From Mytilus trossulus (taxonomy: Eukaryota): a DNA stretch of 64,000 nucleotides. The DNA lies in assembly GCF_036588685.1 (NCBI RefSeq), contig NC_086381.1, positions 49,600,001-49,664,000 of the forward strand. The letters are read 5' to 3'. A program made the position numbers and the translations under genes. The notes under the pieces were generated by a model. The model saw only the letters and a list, made by a program, of their open reading frames with translations. It was not told the origin of the DNA and ran no database searches. Shown piece after piece: positions 53,183-64,000 of this stretch. Each line of letters starts with the position of its first letter. The first letter of the stretch is position 1.

Positions 53183-55160
53183 TCATTTCTTCGACTGATC
53201 AAAGTGTACACATGGGTTGGCATTATCTACCTCTGCTTTTATGAGATTCAGTAATCTTTCAAGATCTTGGAAGTCATCGACGGCAAATAAGTGGTCAATA
53301 ACTGGTTTACTGACATACGATGCAAGTTCTTTTTTGCCTTCGAGTGTAAAATCGCCAATCATTAATCCGAATACATCTGCTTTAGCTTTCAACGTTGGTA
53401 ATACGGTTGAAATTGATCTTCCGCAGTTGGATTTTCCATCAGATACAATTAAAACTTCATGTTTGGTTCCTTGACGCGCACCTGAAACGACAATTTATGA
53501 ACACTTGTATAGAATGGTAAAGCAAAGTTGTATTAACATAAAATGTTCATAGAAACAAATTTTAGGTGAATAACTATAATTCTTTGAACAAAATTAAACA
53601 GAAACATGTTTTCTCCACCCCACCCACACCAACTAATAAATTTAAATGTTTACTATGATATACTGCTAAAAAGTGTGTTCATTTGTTCGGAATTTTTTAC
53701 CTGCAGGATATGTCACTGGGTGTATTACGTTGACTAATGGTTTCATTGCCTCTAAGTTATATCCCCTTAAATAAACATTGATTTTATTTTCTTACCTTTA
53801 GACGATGTAAACATTTGTATGGCCTTATAAAATGCATCTCCGGTACAGGTCATTCAATTTTGATATGGTACTGCCTGTATTGCTACTTTGAGTTCTGCTA
53901 TGCCATGCTTGTCATCAAAATCAAATTCTTCTACTGCGTTGGTAGAAAACTGAATAAGTGCCGCTCGGTTATAGCCGTTATGTCCTCTCGAATAGAAGGG
54001 ATCTGGTACAGGGCATAACAGACCTATGAGTTCACCTGTTTGCCGTTTTGCAATTTCATAGCTACTAGATCCTATGCTACCAGACGAATCTATGATTATC
54101 AATAAATCTCTAAAATGACCAATCGGATCTGATCTTTTAACCATTCTTCGATGCGACGAATGACTTGGTTTCAAATTTCTCTGCAGAAACCCGGTGATGA
54201 CTTGAGTGGCTGTTGCTTGAACCGTAGGTTTCTGTACTGAAATTCATAATTATTATGATAATGCAATATGATATCACAAATTGTATATGTAAACGTTCGT
54301 AAACTAGGGAAATCAACTCATTTTGTTTATTTGTAATTATCGTATAAACGGAAAAATGTTTTATTAATAAACATGCTAGCTTTCGTTTTACAAGGATACG
54401 CATTAAATGTATGTATTACACGATATTCAATGTAGATGTGCATGTACACATGCATGAACTTACATGTGCTATTTTGGTTTTCAAAAGTTTCACGATTTTA
54501 GTGAACTGAATAATAGATATCGAGTCTAACATAATTCTCAAAATCCAGCAATGTACGTGTGTTAAAAAAATTACAACACCTAAATGGGAAAGACAAGCTT
54601 AAGGCATCATCTTGTCCGAGAACTAGTATTATTTTAGGGTGAAATTATTGTAGCAACTATTAGAGATGCCAAATGAATTCTGTGTTTATTTGATGTCTAG
54701 TAAATATATTGTTTTATGAAGAACATAAAATTTATGTAATATTACTGGGAAGGACATACATATTTTCAGTAATTTCTTTCAATTTTTCCCCGATGTTGAT
54801 CATTTATACTGATAATAAAGGTAAAAGAAATTGCATTGATTTTCACAATTCATCATTGCACATGGTATAATGTCTTGTGGAAGTAAACATCTAATGAATT
54901 CATTATAGTTTGAATGACTTTACTTGTAACTTACATGTGATCTCTGTAATTTCCGTATCATTAGGGCATGGCTTGCCACCGTTGTCAGGATACCTAAGAA
55001 TAACCCTTTCTTTACGCCGTTCTCCAAATCCGTAAACATCGCTCCACTCACTCCATGGCGACATAAGACAGTCAACTTTTTTATTATTAAAGATAAAACT
55101 TTGACTAGAACCACTCGCAAACGCCAAAATTATAAAAATTTGCCCAACAAGATTCATCAT
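53183..55160 (-). CDS. Secreted TSP1-like + von Willebrand factor A domain protein, 3 exons, with an in-frame TGA at codon 203 (nonsense allele/pseudogene or recoding)
   Basis: Exons 55160-54935, 54236-53796 and 53481-53183 (966 nt, GT-AG, phase 1). Signal peptide; VDCLMSPWSEWS..R.KER..LRYP.NGGKPCP; RRMVKR; vWA with DLLIIIDSSGSIG, AALIQFS, YQN*MTCTGDAF, GAR..TKHEVLIVSDGKSNCG and ELASYVSKP..DHLFAVDDF. Confidence 0.85.
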
Positions 55161-55261
55161 GAATTTGAGAATGTGTTCACTTATTGTTCACTTTTATCCA
55201 AACTCATACATGTATTCGCCCAAAATGGTAAATACATACAAAGCATTAGAAAAATATATAC

Positions 55262-55268
55262 TTTTATA
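55262..55268 (-). promoter_or_regulatory. Candidate TATA box of the TSP1-vWA gene
   Basis: TATAAAA on the minus strand about 100 nt upstream of the ATG. Confidence 0.35.
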
Positions 55269-55789
55269 CTAATCCGATTTCCGCGGACCTTGAAAAGGCA
55301 ACAAAATAACAACTTTTGAGGTGTGGTTTAATGAAAAAAACGAAGTAACACATTTATATTGTTTTTGTGAGTCGTATTTTCTACATAAGAAAGCATAAGG
55401 GTTGAGTTCGATCTATTTGTTTTTGTTTTAATTTCCACATATGCTTATGAAGACATGTACGGGGGAATAAATATTATACTAACCACCATAAACATTATAA
55501 TGGACATGTGCAAACTGTTAGCAAGTTTTCAAAGTTTAATTGATGGTAACGCATTACGTCTATGTCGTGGCAACAATTCAGGCAGACTAAAGATGAGAAC
55601 AATATATGCATGTTAGGTAGGCCCTTTAATAGGGGTCAACTAGGGTATATATAGAGGGAACAATTGAAAATTTCAACGGAATATGAGGATCTAATTTATA
55701 AATTTGGAACCTGTATGTAAATAAAATTATTTTTCTATGCATATTCAAGATCTCCTAAAAAAAAAGGCGTGGTTTGAAAAACAGATAAA

Positions 55790-55965
55790 TTTACAAATAA
55801 ACTCATCATAGATACCAGGACTAAATTTAGTATATACGCCAGACGCGCGTTTCGTCTACAAAAGACTCATCAGTGACGCTCGAGTCCAAAAAAGTTAAAA
55901 AAGACCAATTAAAGTACGAAGTTGTACAGCATTGAGGACCAAAATTCCTAAAAGTTTTCCAAATA
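55790..55965 (-). mobile_element. Hammerhead-bearing retrozyme/Penelope-type repeat fragment
   Basis: Carries the hammerhead plus aagtacgaagttgtacagcattgaggaccaaaa, a flank shared with the copies at 47160-47200 (reverse) and 50765-50800. Confidence 0.65.
55836..55879 (-). ncRNA. Minimal type I hammerhead ribozyme, intact core
   Basis: The minus strand reads GCGUCA-CUGAUGA-GUCU uuugu AGAC-GAAA-CGCGCG-UC/UGGCGU. Stem I is GCGUCA:UGGCGU, stem II has 4 bp, stem III is the palindrome ACGCGCGU, and the cleavage triplet is GUC. Confidence 0.85.
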
Positions 55966-57532
55966 CAAGAGGGACGAAAGACATCAAAGGGACAGTCAAA
56001 CTCATAAATCTAAAACAAACTGACAACGCGCAAAGTGCAACCTAAAATTAAGATCTATCGTAACTGCTTATTCACCAAAGAGTAACTGGTATAACACAAT
56101 CAGAAATCTATATTTAAACTAGATTGTCTCCAGTCTTCCATCGTAATAAAGCTTGACAATATAGAAAGTGGCAACATAGATTAATATAGAGGTACGAGGA
56201 AGCATAGAAGTGCGGGTTAAACAAAGAATTCAAACTAATGTTTCCAACCTACGAAATATATGCTCGAACTATCCTTTTATCGATATCAGATATAACTGAC
56301 AACCAGGAGTAAAACCCTAAAATGTGTTATTTGTGAGATAAACATATACATGTACATATTAAATAGTCGCCGACTATTTACATGTATATGTATCATGTGT
56401 AAAAAAAAATGTCGCTTTTTAATTTACGTACATGTACAAACTAATGTACATGATATATAGAAAGCAAACATTGTATTGCTTGAATGTTATTCTAATATCA
56501 AAATTTGCTGAAATTTTGATTACCATCTCCGCATTGACTTGTTTTACACGACACTAAGTTTGACCTTATCAATACATTTTTCCCCATAAAGGAAATACGT
56601 TTTTTAAATACAAATAATACATGTACAAGTACATGTATGGTTTAGCATTGATTTTTATAATAAGTCGTATTTTTTTTACTCCCTTTGGTGTAGTCTATTA
56701 TATTATAGTATAAACCTGAACTAGGAGTTAGCAAATATTGCTAGCTGTGATCAGCCTTCAACAATTAGGAAAACCCTTACCACATAGTCAGCTTTAAAAG
56801 GCCCCCAAATAACAATGTAAATCAATTCAAACAAGCAAACTAACGGCCTAATTTATAACACATAAACAACTGACAACCACTGAAGTACAGGCTCCTGACT
56901 TGAGACAGGCACATACATACATGTTAGCAGGATCCCCATTTTCCTAACCTAGGACAGTGATGTAACAGTACAACATAAGAACGAACTATGAATATCAGTT
57001 TAAAAAGGCTCAACTCATCAAATGAATAAAAATACAAATACAAATGGACGTGGCCGGGTACTTGTACATCCCAACAACAAAAAGACATCAAGTACTGATC
57101 TGAAAGTACTCTCAGTTACTGAAAGCTGGTTCAAAGTCATTAACTAACAGAAGAATTTTTTTTAATTTTGACTTAATAATATCAGTTTCTTCTGTACTTT
57201 ATATTTTTAAAGATATTTGGAGAAAATGTGAATATTATTAATAGCAAGATTGTACAAGTTTAAATATGAGGGGAAGATAGGAAATTTAAATAGGTTGATT
57301 TCTAGACAGATGTTTTTTGTTGTTGTTTCAGATAGAAAATGAAAACATTGTCAAGTTTAGCTTTTAAATTGTTTTGGATACTTTTTATAAAAAGATAAAT
57401 CTTCAGGTTAACACATTCCAATGTATTTGTTTACTGGTTATTTAAATGTTTTGTGCATTTATATGAGGTACAAACAAATGACCACAAAAACGAATTTAGG
57501 GAAACACGTTTAAGATTATTCGTTTTTTAATA

Positions 57533-60500
57533 TTATGACTGCTCCTGAACACTTGGACATGTATCTTGATTGATAACCAAATATAGTTCTATATGTGCTT
57601 CAGCACTCACAAGAAAACATACAGCTAAAGTAATCCAATCGAAGACACGTAACAGATTGCAGAAACGACGTCTGCCATTATATGACGCCATTTTGTTGAT
57701 ATTTTTGTTTTCCTGAGGGTTTTGACATTTGCCGTCTGCTTCATTGTTCATGTCATTTTTTCTTGTTTCAAAACAAACTGCGTCCTTGAGATCTCCGTTC
57801 GGAACGGTATCCAGAGGTAATAAATGTGGCTGGATTCTTCCATTCCTAGGCATCATTGACGCGTTGCCAAAATAACTCATAACAACAGAATTGAATATTG
57901 CTACAAGACTACTGCTGATTAGTTGTAAGAAGTATTTGCCTGGAATAGAATAATTGCTACATGTATATGAATCAAGTATATTTTCAATTAAAACAATGAA
58001 TTAGTGCACTGTCATGTATATCATAATTTTTAAAATTTTATTTATTTTTTCAAAATTGATTTTCTTTCTGACACCGTTTTTCGTTCTTTTTTGCTATAGT
58101 GTTATTGTTTTATCATCGACTTATGCATTTGTATTGTCGTTTTGGTATCATTCGCCTCTTTTGTTTTGTGTCCATTGGGATTTGGGATCATGTGCTTTGG
58201 AATGGCTGATACTTTTGGGGGGTAAACAACTTAATAATGAAGAAATAGTTGTTCAATCCTACATTTATCATGTACATGTATCTGTTTTTTACTGTGTTTT
58301 GGTATTCATTTTGGTTTTTGTTGCGCTTGATCTTGCATTTTGATACTGGGAAATCTTAACCATTTTGTTCGAGTACAAGCAAACAAGAATAATTATTAAA
58401 CATTAAACAATCATAATAAAGGATGAAGTTTATTTTTTCTTTGCTGTGTCTTGTGCCGTATTTTTAGTTTTTTTTTTTTTCTTTTCTTTTATTAGCCATG
58501 ATAGTGTTGTCAGTTTATATTCGATGAAGAATGAAATTCAAAACAGTGTGGCTGTGGCTATTGATCGACAGATTAAATTCATCCATTGACTGTGGCAATT
58601 TACGTGAACGTTTGTCTGTAACGACCACTGTTCACGACGTACATACGATAGACATTTTAAACTGTGGGATTACCAAAGGTTTATAACCGCCTTTAATTAT
58701 AAAATAATTCGAAAACTTTATCAGGAATAACCTTTATGTTTTGATTTATATAATTGATATAAATCAAAACATCGTGTTATTTTCGATAATTTTTTCGAAT
58801 TACTTTGTTTAGGTGTTGAGAACCTATGGTGACCCCATAGTTTAAGAGTCATTTAAAAGTGCATAGTGAGCAGTAGTCGTTACATACAAATGTTCACCTA
58901 AATTGTCCTAGTCAATGGATGAATTTAGTGTGTCAATCAATAGCCACAGCCACACTGTTTTGAATTTCATTCTATGAGTTTGAATGTCTTTCGAAACTCC
59001 CTTATCGACATGAGCAGTTATTATCTTAAATCTTATAATTTCCGATCTTTCAGCGGAAGATAAAGAAAACTTCAAAGAAAATTTTATAATAAAATTGAGA
59101 ATGGAAATAGGGAATGTGTCAAAGAGACAACATTAACCCGACCATAGAACAGACTACAGCAGAATGTCACCAACAGGTCTTCAATTCAGCGAGAAACTCC
59201 CGCACCCGAAGGCGTCCTTCCGCTAGCTAATTAATAAACACAGCAAACTTACCTATCGTTGATATGTTCTGTGAATTAACAGGTAGCAGACTACTCACTT
59301 GAAGCATTAAAACCATAAATGTCAGATATATCGTCATCCCAAAACTTACACGCTCTCCGCCATTGATTGGTATAAAAAACGTAAACATTGAAAGTAAAGA
59401 CAGGGAAGACGCAGGAAATACAATATTATATAAATAATATTCTGGAAGCCGCTTAAGAACTAATTTCATTATCAACGTTCGGTGAGCTTGTATCACATAC
59501 ACTCTTTCCATGGACCACAGTGCATGCGCATCTTTTACGACATCGAAATGTATGAATGACCTTTCACCATCCCATTTCAAGACTTGGTGATTGTTGAATA
59601 GTGACACAGCCATTATGACCTCACACTCATGACAGTCTACAGGAAACTTTTCAGGATCCACGTCACATCTGGTCTTGAGTTCTCCTGTCAGTATAAATCC
59701 TACTGTTCCGTTTGCTAAAACTTTGAAAGTTTCTTCTGTCATTCCATCCTTCAATACAGCAGAATCTACTTTCCTAAAAAGGATAACAAGTTGCGATGGA
59801 CTAATTTTTGTGAGCGAACGGCAATTCAAATTATCTGTCCTGTACATCACCATGCTCACGATCGCCTGGCTTAATTTTCAGATTTCACGATTGATGTGTC
59901 TTTTATTGATTTATTTGCCACTGTACGTACTGAAATTTTGCATCCATTTGTTGCTGTTATTTTTCCGACGTAGTCGGTATAGTTTCGGTCTGTGCCCTTT
60001 GAACTTAAGGACGCTTAACTATGGCAACAGAATACGCATGCTCGAAAATCCTTTCTGTGATTGGACAAAATGCTGTCATGGTGGGTGATTTGGTTGTGTT
60101 TGAAAAAACGTCTCGAAAATTATTTCGTGATGGAAAGCAAGTGAAAAACTATAAATATTTGAACTAGATGTTACAAAGATTTATATTTTTATTAAAATAA
60201 TTGTTTCTCCAATAGCTCTTTGCATCCATGACAGCTGTTTATTCGGGACAATTATATAATTTTTAATGTTTACTTTGTTGTACGAACGTATATGACTTTT
60301 AGAACGCACCTACTCATGTGAGATTTCCGCGGGAGATATACTACTTATAAATACTACCAATAATTTCTAGCTTTGTTAACCATGGATTAATTTTAATGTA
60401 AACAGTAGTAAATGTATATTTGTTTCTTGTTATTTGCACTGGATTTTTTGACAAATAATTTTTTTAGGTGTCATCACAATATTCTTATATATTATTGCCT

Positions 60501-62157
60501 TAATATAACCAGACTTAGTAAAGAATTTCTTGTAGTTACATTCAGATGGAGATTTTATCAAGGAGGTCCTGCATCATTATTAAGTCATTGTGCTTCTGAA
60601 GGTTATCGAAATGATAGTTTTAAACAAAAAATTATATGCTCAAATGTAAATACGTCGGATATCTTTTTTAAAGATAGTTCTTGTTTTTGTTCTGCACGTT
60701 TTCCACAGATGTTGCTTTTCATCAAGGCAAAACTTCACAACCTTTTTTATATCTGGTATCTTACAATCATGACAATCAATAACCATTTATCTTTACATAC
60801 AATTTGTTCTTATGTTGTGTACAAAAAGGTTTTATCCCGCCCTATTCTGTATTTGCCTGTCCCAAGACACGAACCGGTAACTCATGGGTTGTCGTTGGTT
60901 AACGTTTATATAATATTTGTATTTCGCAAATACTTTTACAGTGTATATGAGGCCTTCAGTTTTAACTTTAGATTGTTTCACGTTTTTCATGTCGGAATCT
61001 TTTTATAGCTGACTACATGTATACTGTATTTATGATTCTCGTTGTTGAATGACATACGGTGGTCTGCTATTCACCTTCTATTCATTTCATTTGAACTCTG
61101 GCTGGTAGTTGTCTCATTGGCAATACTACCATATCTGGTTATTTTCAATATTTACATACAATAAAAAAAAAAGATAAATGATACATGTAGCAAATACTTC
61201 TTACTTACTTGTTCAAAATTCTGAAATCAGGGGTCCAAACCTCGTCCCCTTTTACTGTAAGATAATCCAACCCTCCATAATCATGAGGGTTCCATACTAA
61301 ATATTCATCAATCCAGGTCTGAAAAATAAAGTACATTTTAATGTTTAATGTTTTTGTTTAAAATAGTTAAGAAAGTGTAATAGATGGTAGAACTCGAGTC
61401 AATTCGGTGGATTTATTGTTTGTATTCTATATGTGTTACATACATGTATACCAGACTTAGTTATGATTCACATTTTTTATATAAATAACGCACACTCAGG
61501 CATTTTGTTGCGTCTAGTTTCACTATGTTCCAACTTGTTATATTCTTGTCAGCTAAACGTTCTGTCTGACTATTTTGAAGCGATAAAACCTTTCATGCCC
61601 TTCTGTGATCACAAAAACAATGGTTTTTTTTAGGTAGCGGTTGGTCTTAGAATAATCTGTAATACGGAGCTTCGTGCCAAGGGAATTCGGAAGTTCACCT
61701 AACGGCAAACAATATGAAATGGAAACACGAACTTGCAAATCTAGACCATAAAATGACCCGAATAAGCTTTCATAACAAGGCTTTAGGCAAACTGTAAACA
61801 AAGTCAATTTCGAGGATAGTTTACTTCGCGTTCAGACCTTACTAGTCATTGTGTTGTGATTTATTTTCGCGATTTCAAAGTTGATTGGTGTAGTTAAATA
61901 ATAAAAAAAGATCTAAGTTTTACGTTTTCGCGACCATTATTGCTATATTATTCTACTCGCGAAAGTCTCGAAAATCAGCTTGTTTATAGTAACTATACCA
62001 ATGTACCAAATATTGGTTGCCAATTTGGGAATATACAAATATATATCTCTAAAGACTATATGTTTAAAAAGACATACACAAATTTGTTGTAGACAGGAAA
62101 GGAAGAGCTTACCAAATACATTTCAACACTTTGTGACAGCACTCCATCTTTTTCTGA
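57533..62157 (-). CDS. Cys-loop ligand-gated ion channel subunit (nAChR-like, non-alpha); 5' exons not identified, probably outside the window
   Basis: Exons 62157-62113 (45 nt, SEKDGVLSQSVEMYL), 61318-61209 (110 nt, TWIDEYLVWNPHDYGGLDYLTVKGDEVWTPDFRILN), 59773-59253 (Cys-loop CDVDPEKFPVDCHEC, M1 YYLYNIVFP, M2 GERVSFGMTIYLTFMVLML) and 57939-57533 (M3, loop, M4). The 45-nt and 110-nt exon sizes are typical of nAChR genes. Confidence 0.9.
58528..58973. mobile_element. Palindromic MITE related to 39638-40082, in a Cys-loop receptor intron
   Basis: agaatgaaattcaaaacagtgtggctgtggcta / tagccacagccacactgttttgaatttcattct. Confidence 0.85.
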
Positions 62158-62239
62158 CTAAAAGAATAATCATGATGTATTAAATAACAAACAACCTATT
62201 GGTGTCAATAAGGGAGCAGGCACGACTTACCCTTCCGGA

Positions 62240-63054
62240 TAGTACGAGATTATTCTGACGTCCGACGGCTGTTTTGCCAGACAAGCTGGGGCCGTGGGAC
62301 GTCAGAGCTCGTCCCATATAAAAAAAAAGTGGATATTTGCCCATCCAAAATAGATGCGCTGCTTCGTCGCTTCTGGTGCCGACTGAGGGCCTTGAAATTA
62401 AATAAATCGGGCATCAATCAGTTCATTTTCATTTATCTCTTCATTAATGTAAGTTTCACCTACCTGCCAACCTTTATTTTTCCATATTTTAACAGTTACA
62501 AGAGAGTTCGTGGATTTGAGACTCAAATATGCAAATATTTATATATTTTACCTCCTTTATAGGAGATCTATGTTTAACATTATAAGCCAACCACGTTTTT
62601 TCACCTCCTTTACAGGAGATCGGTATTAAGCATTTAGTCCCGACCACGATAACAATCGGAAGCTCTCGGACATTTATGTTAATTGCATCGTAACTGAACG
62701 AGGTGTTGCATTATTGTCATTTGCACTTTTTTCTCGTGGTCACGTGATAATCTTTGAAAGTGAAAGGCAAAATGCCTAAACCGATGAGTCTCTTTGAAAA
62801 CTGTTAAAATATGGAAAAATAAAGGTTTGCAGGTAGGTGAAACTTACATAAATGAAGAGATAAATGAAATATGAACAGATTGATGCCCGATTTATTTAAT
62901 TCCAAGGCCCTCAGTCGGCACCAGAAGCGACGAATCAGCGCATCTATTCTGGGTGGGCAAATATCCACTTTTTGATATGGGACGAGCTCTGACGTCCCAC
63001 GGCACCAGCTTATCTGGCAAAACAGCCGTCGGACGTCAGAGTAATCTCGGACTA
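62240..63054. mobile_element. Non-autonomous DNA transposon with ~255-bp TIRs and a 9-bp target-site duplication (Mutator/foldback-like)
   Basis: 62240-62495 is the reverse complement of 62800-63054; ccttccgga is duplicated at 62231-62239 and 63055-63063. Confidence 0.88.
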
Positions 63055-64000
63055 CCTTCCGGAACACCTGTGTTCATAACCGGTTTATGTAAGATTTCAT
63101 TCTCTAGTTGGTTTTTTTTTGTAGTATTTTGTGAGTTTTGTTTTATTGAACTTTTTACTTGTATTGCCTTATTGGATAAATATCTATGTATGTGAAGTTA
63201 GCAGCCGGTTCGTTATTCGTTATTCGATATTCAATATCCAATCGGCTGCTAGCAGCCGGTTTGATATTCAAAATTTAGTGAAAAAAATTATAAGAAAATT
63301 AAATACTTGATAACATAAAAAGCATGATTTTCATATTTAAAAAGACTGATAAAATACGTAGGAAATCGTTAAATGACCTTTTCAAGCTGTCGTAATTTCT
63401 CGTCGTAATTTCTCGTTGTCCTCGAATATAAACCCTTTTTCATGTTACATATTTGTCTATATGTAATATAGAGTTTTGTCAATAAAACGACTTCAATGAT
63501 GTACTTTTGTGTATAATATTTCTTAAGACAAAAAGAAAAACCCATAACTCTAGAAATATTTATAACTATCAATAGAAATATATATGGAAAACAAAAAAAA
63601 CAAAAACAAATCATTCGAAAAATGTCAAAATTTTAGAACAAAGGGCACAGGGTAATGGTGAGAGCCCCCTGATCTCTCAATCTTTCTAATATTTGACAGA
63701 CATTTAGTCAATAGGTAGATACAAACGTGACTCAAAAGGAATTTGGGTACACTTCCTGTCTTCTATGTTTATGGAGCGCCCAAAGTGCCAGTTGGATATT
63801 CAAAATATATAGCGAAAACCTACCCGAGACCGCTTAAATGAGGTTGAGACCCCCCGGGTCTTTCAATGTCCATAAAATTCAACCAAATCATTGACTCTGT
63901 ATATATAAAGGTTGTATTAGATGGATTTACCAGAATAACGTCATCTTCCATATCTACGGAGGGCTAAGATTGTCACTTTTCAGTCGAAAAATGTCAAAAT

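Noticed and set aside
59774-59859. N-terminal part of ORF 59227-59859 as the protein start
   Set aside because: Intronic; the acceptor at 59774 joins in phase to the 110-nt upstream exon.
60412-61008. 198-aa plus-strand ORF
   Set aside because: Antisense in a receptor intron, AT-driven composition, overlaps SINE-like sequence, no recognisable domain.
62329-63195. Paired similar ORFs on opposite strands as a gene pair
   Set aside because: They are the two TIR arms of one transposon.

Overview
AT-rich, intron-rich eukaryotic genomic DNA. The repeat families and gene types suggest a bivalve mollusc, probably a Mytilus-like mussel (inference). I could splice four genes by hand. (1) An 8-exon GH29 alpha-L-fucosidase (-). 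(2) A 3-exon secreted C1q-domain protein (+), with a decayed partial duplicate just downstream. (3) A 3-exon secreted protein (-) with a reduced TSP1 module, a furin-like site and a vWA domain; its otherwise intact frame carries one in-frame TGA. (4) The 3' four exons of a divergent, cation-type Cys-loop receptor subunit (-). The rest is dense in repeats: an 11-kb array of ~1.7-kb units with a dimeric higher-order structure, head-to-head 164-bp satellite arrays, minisatellites, MITEs, Helentron-like elements, LINE fragments and a tRNA-like element. The most notable non-coding signal is a family of hammerhead-ribozyme-bearing (retrozyme/Penelope-type) repeats. One copy has a fully intact type I hammerhead core, and two are decayed, one of them lying sense-strand inside a C1q intron. 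No CRISPR, rRNA or prokaryotic features are supported.
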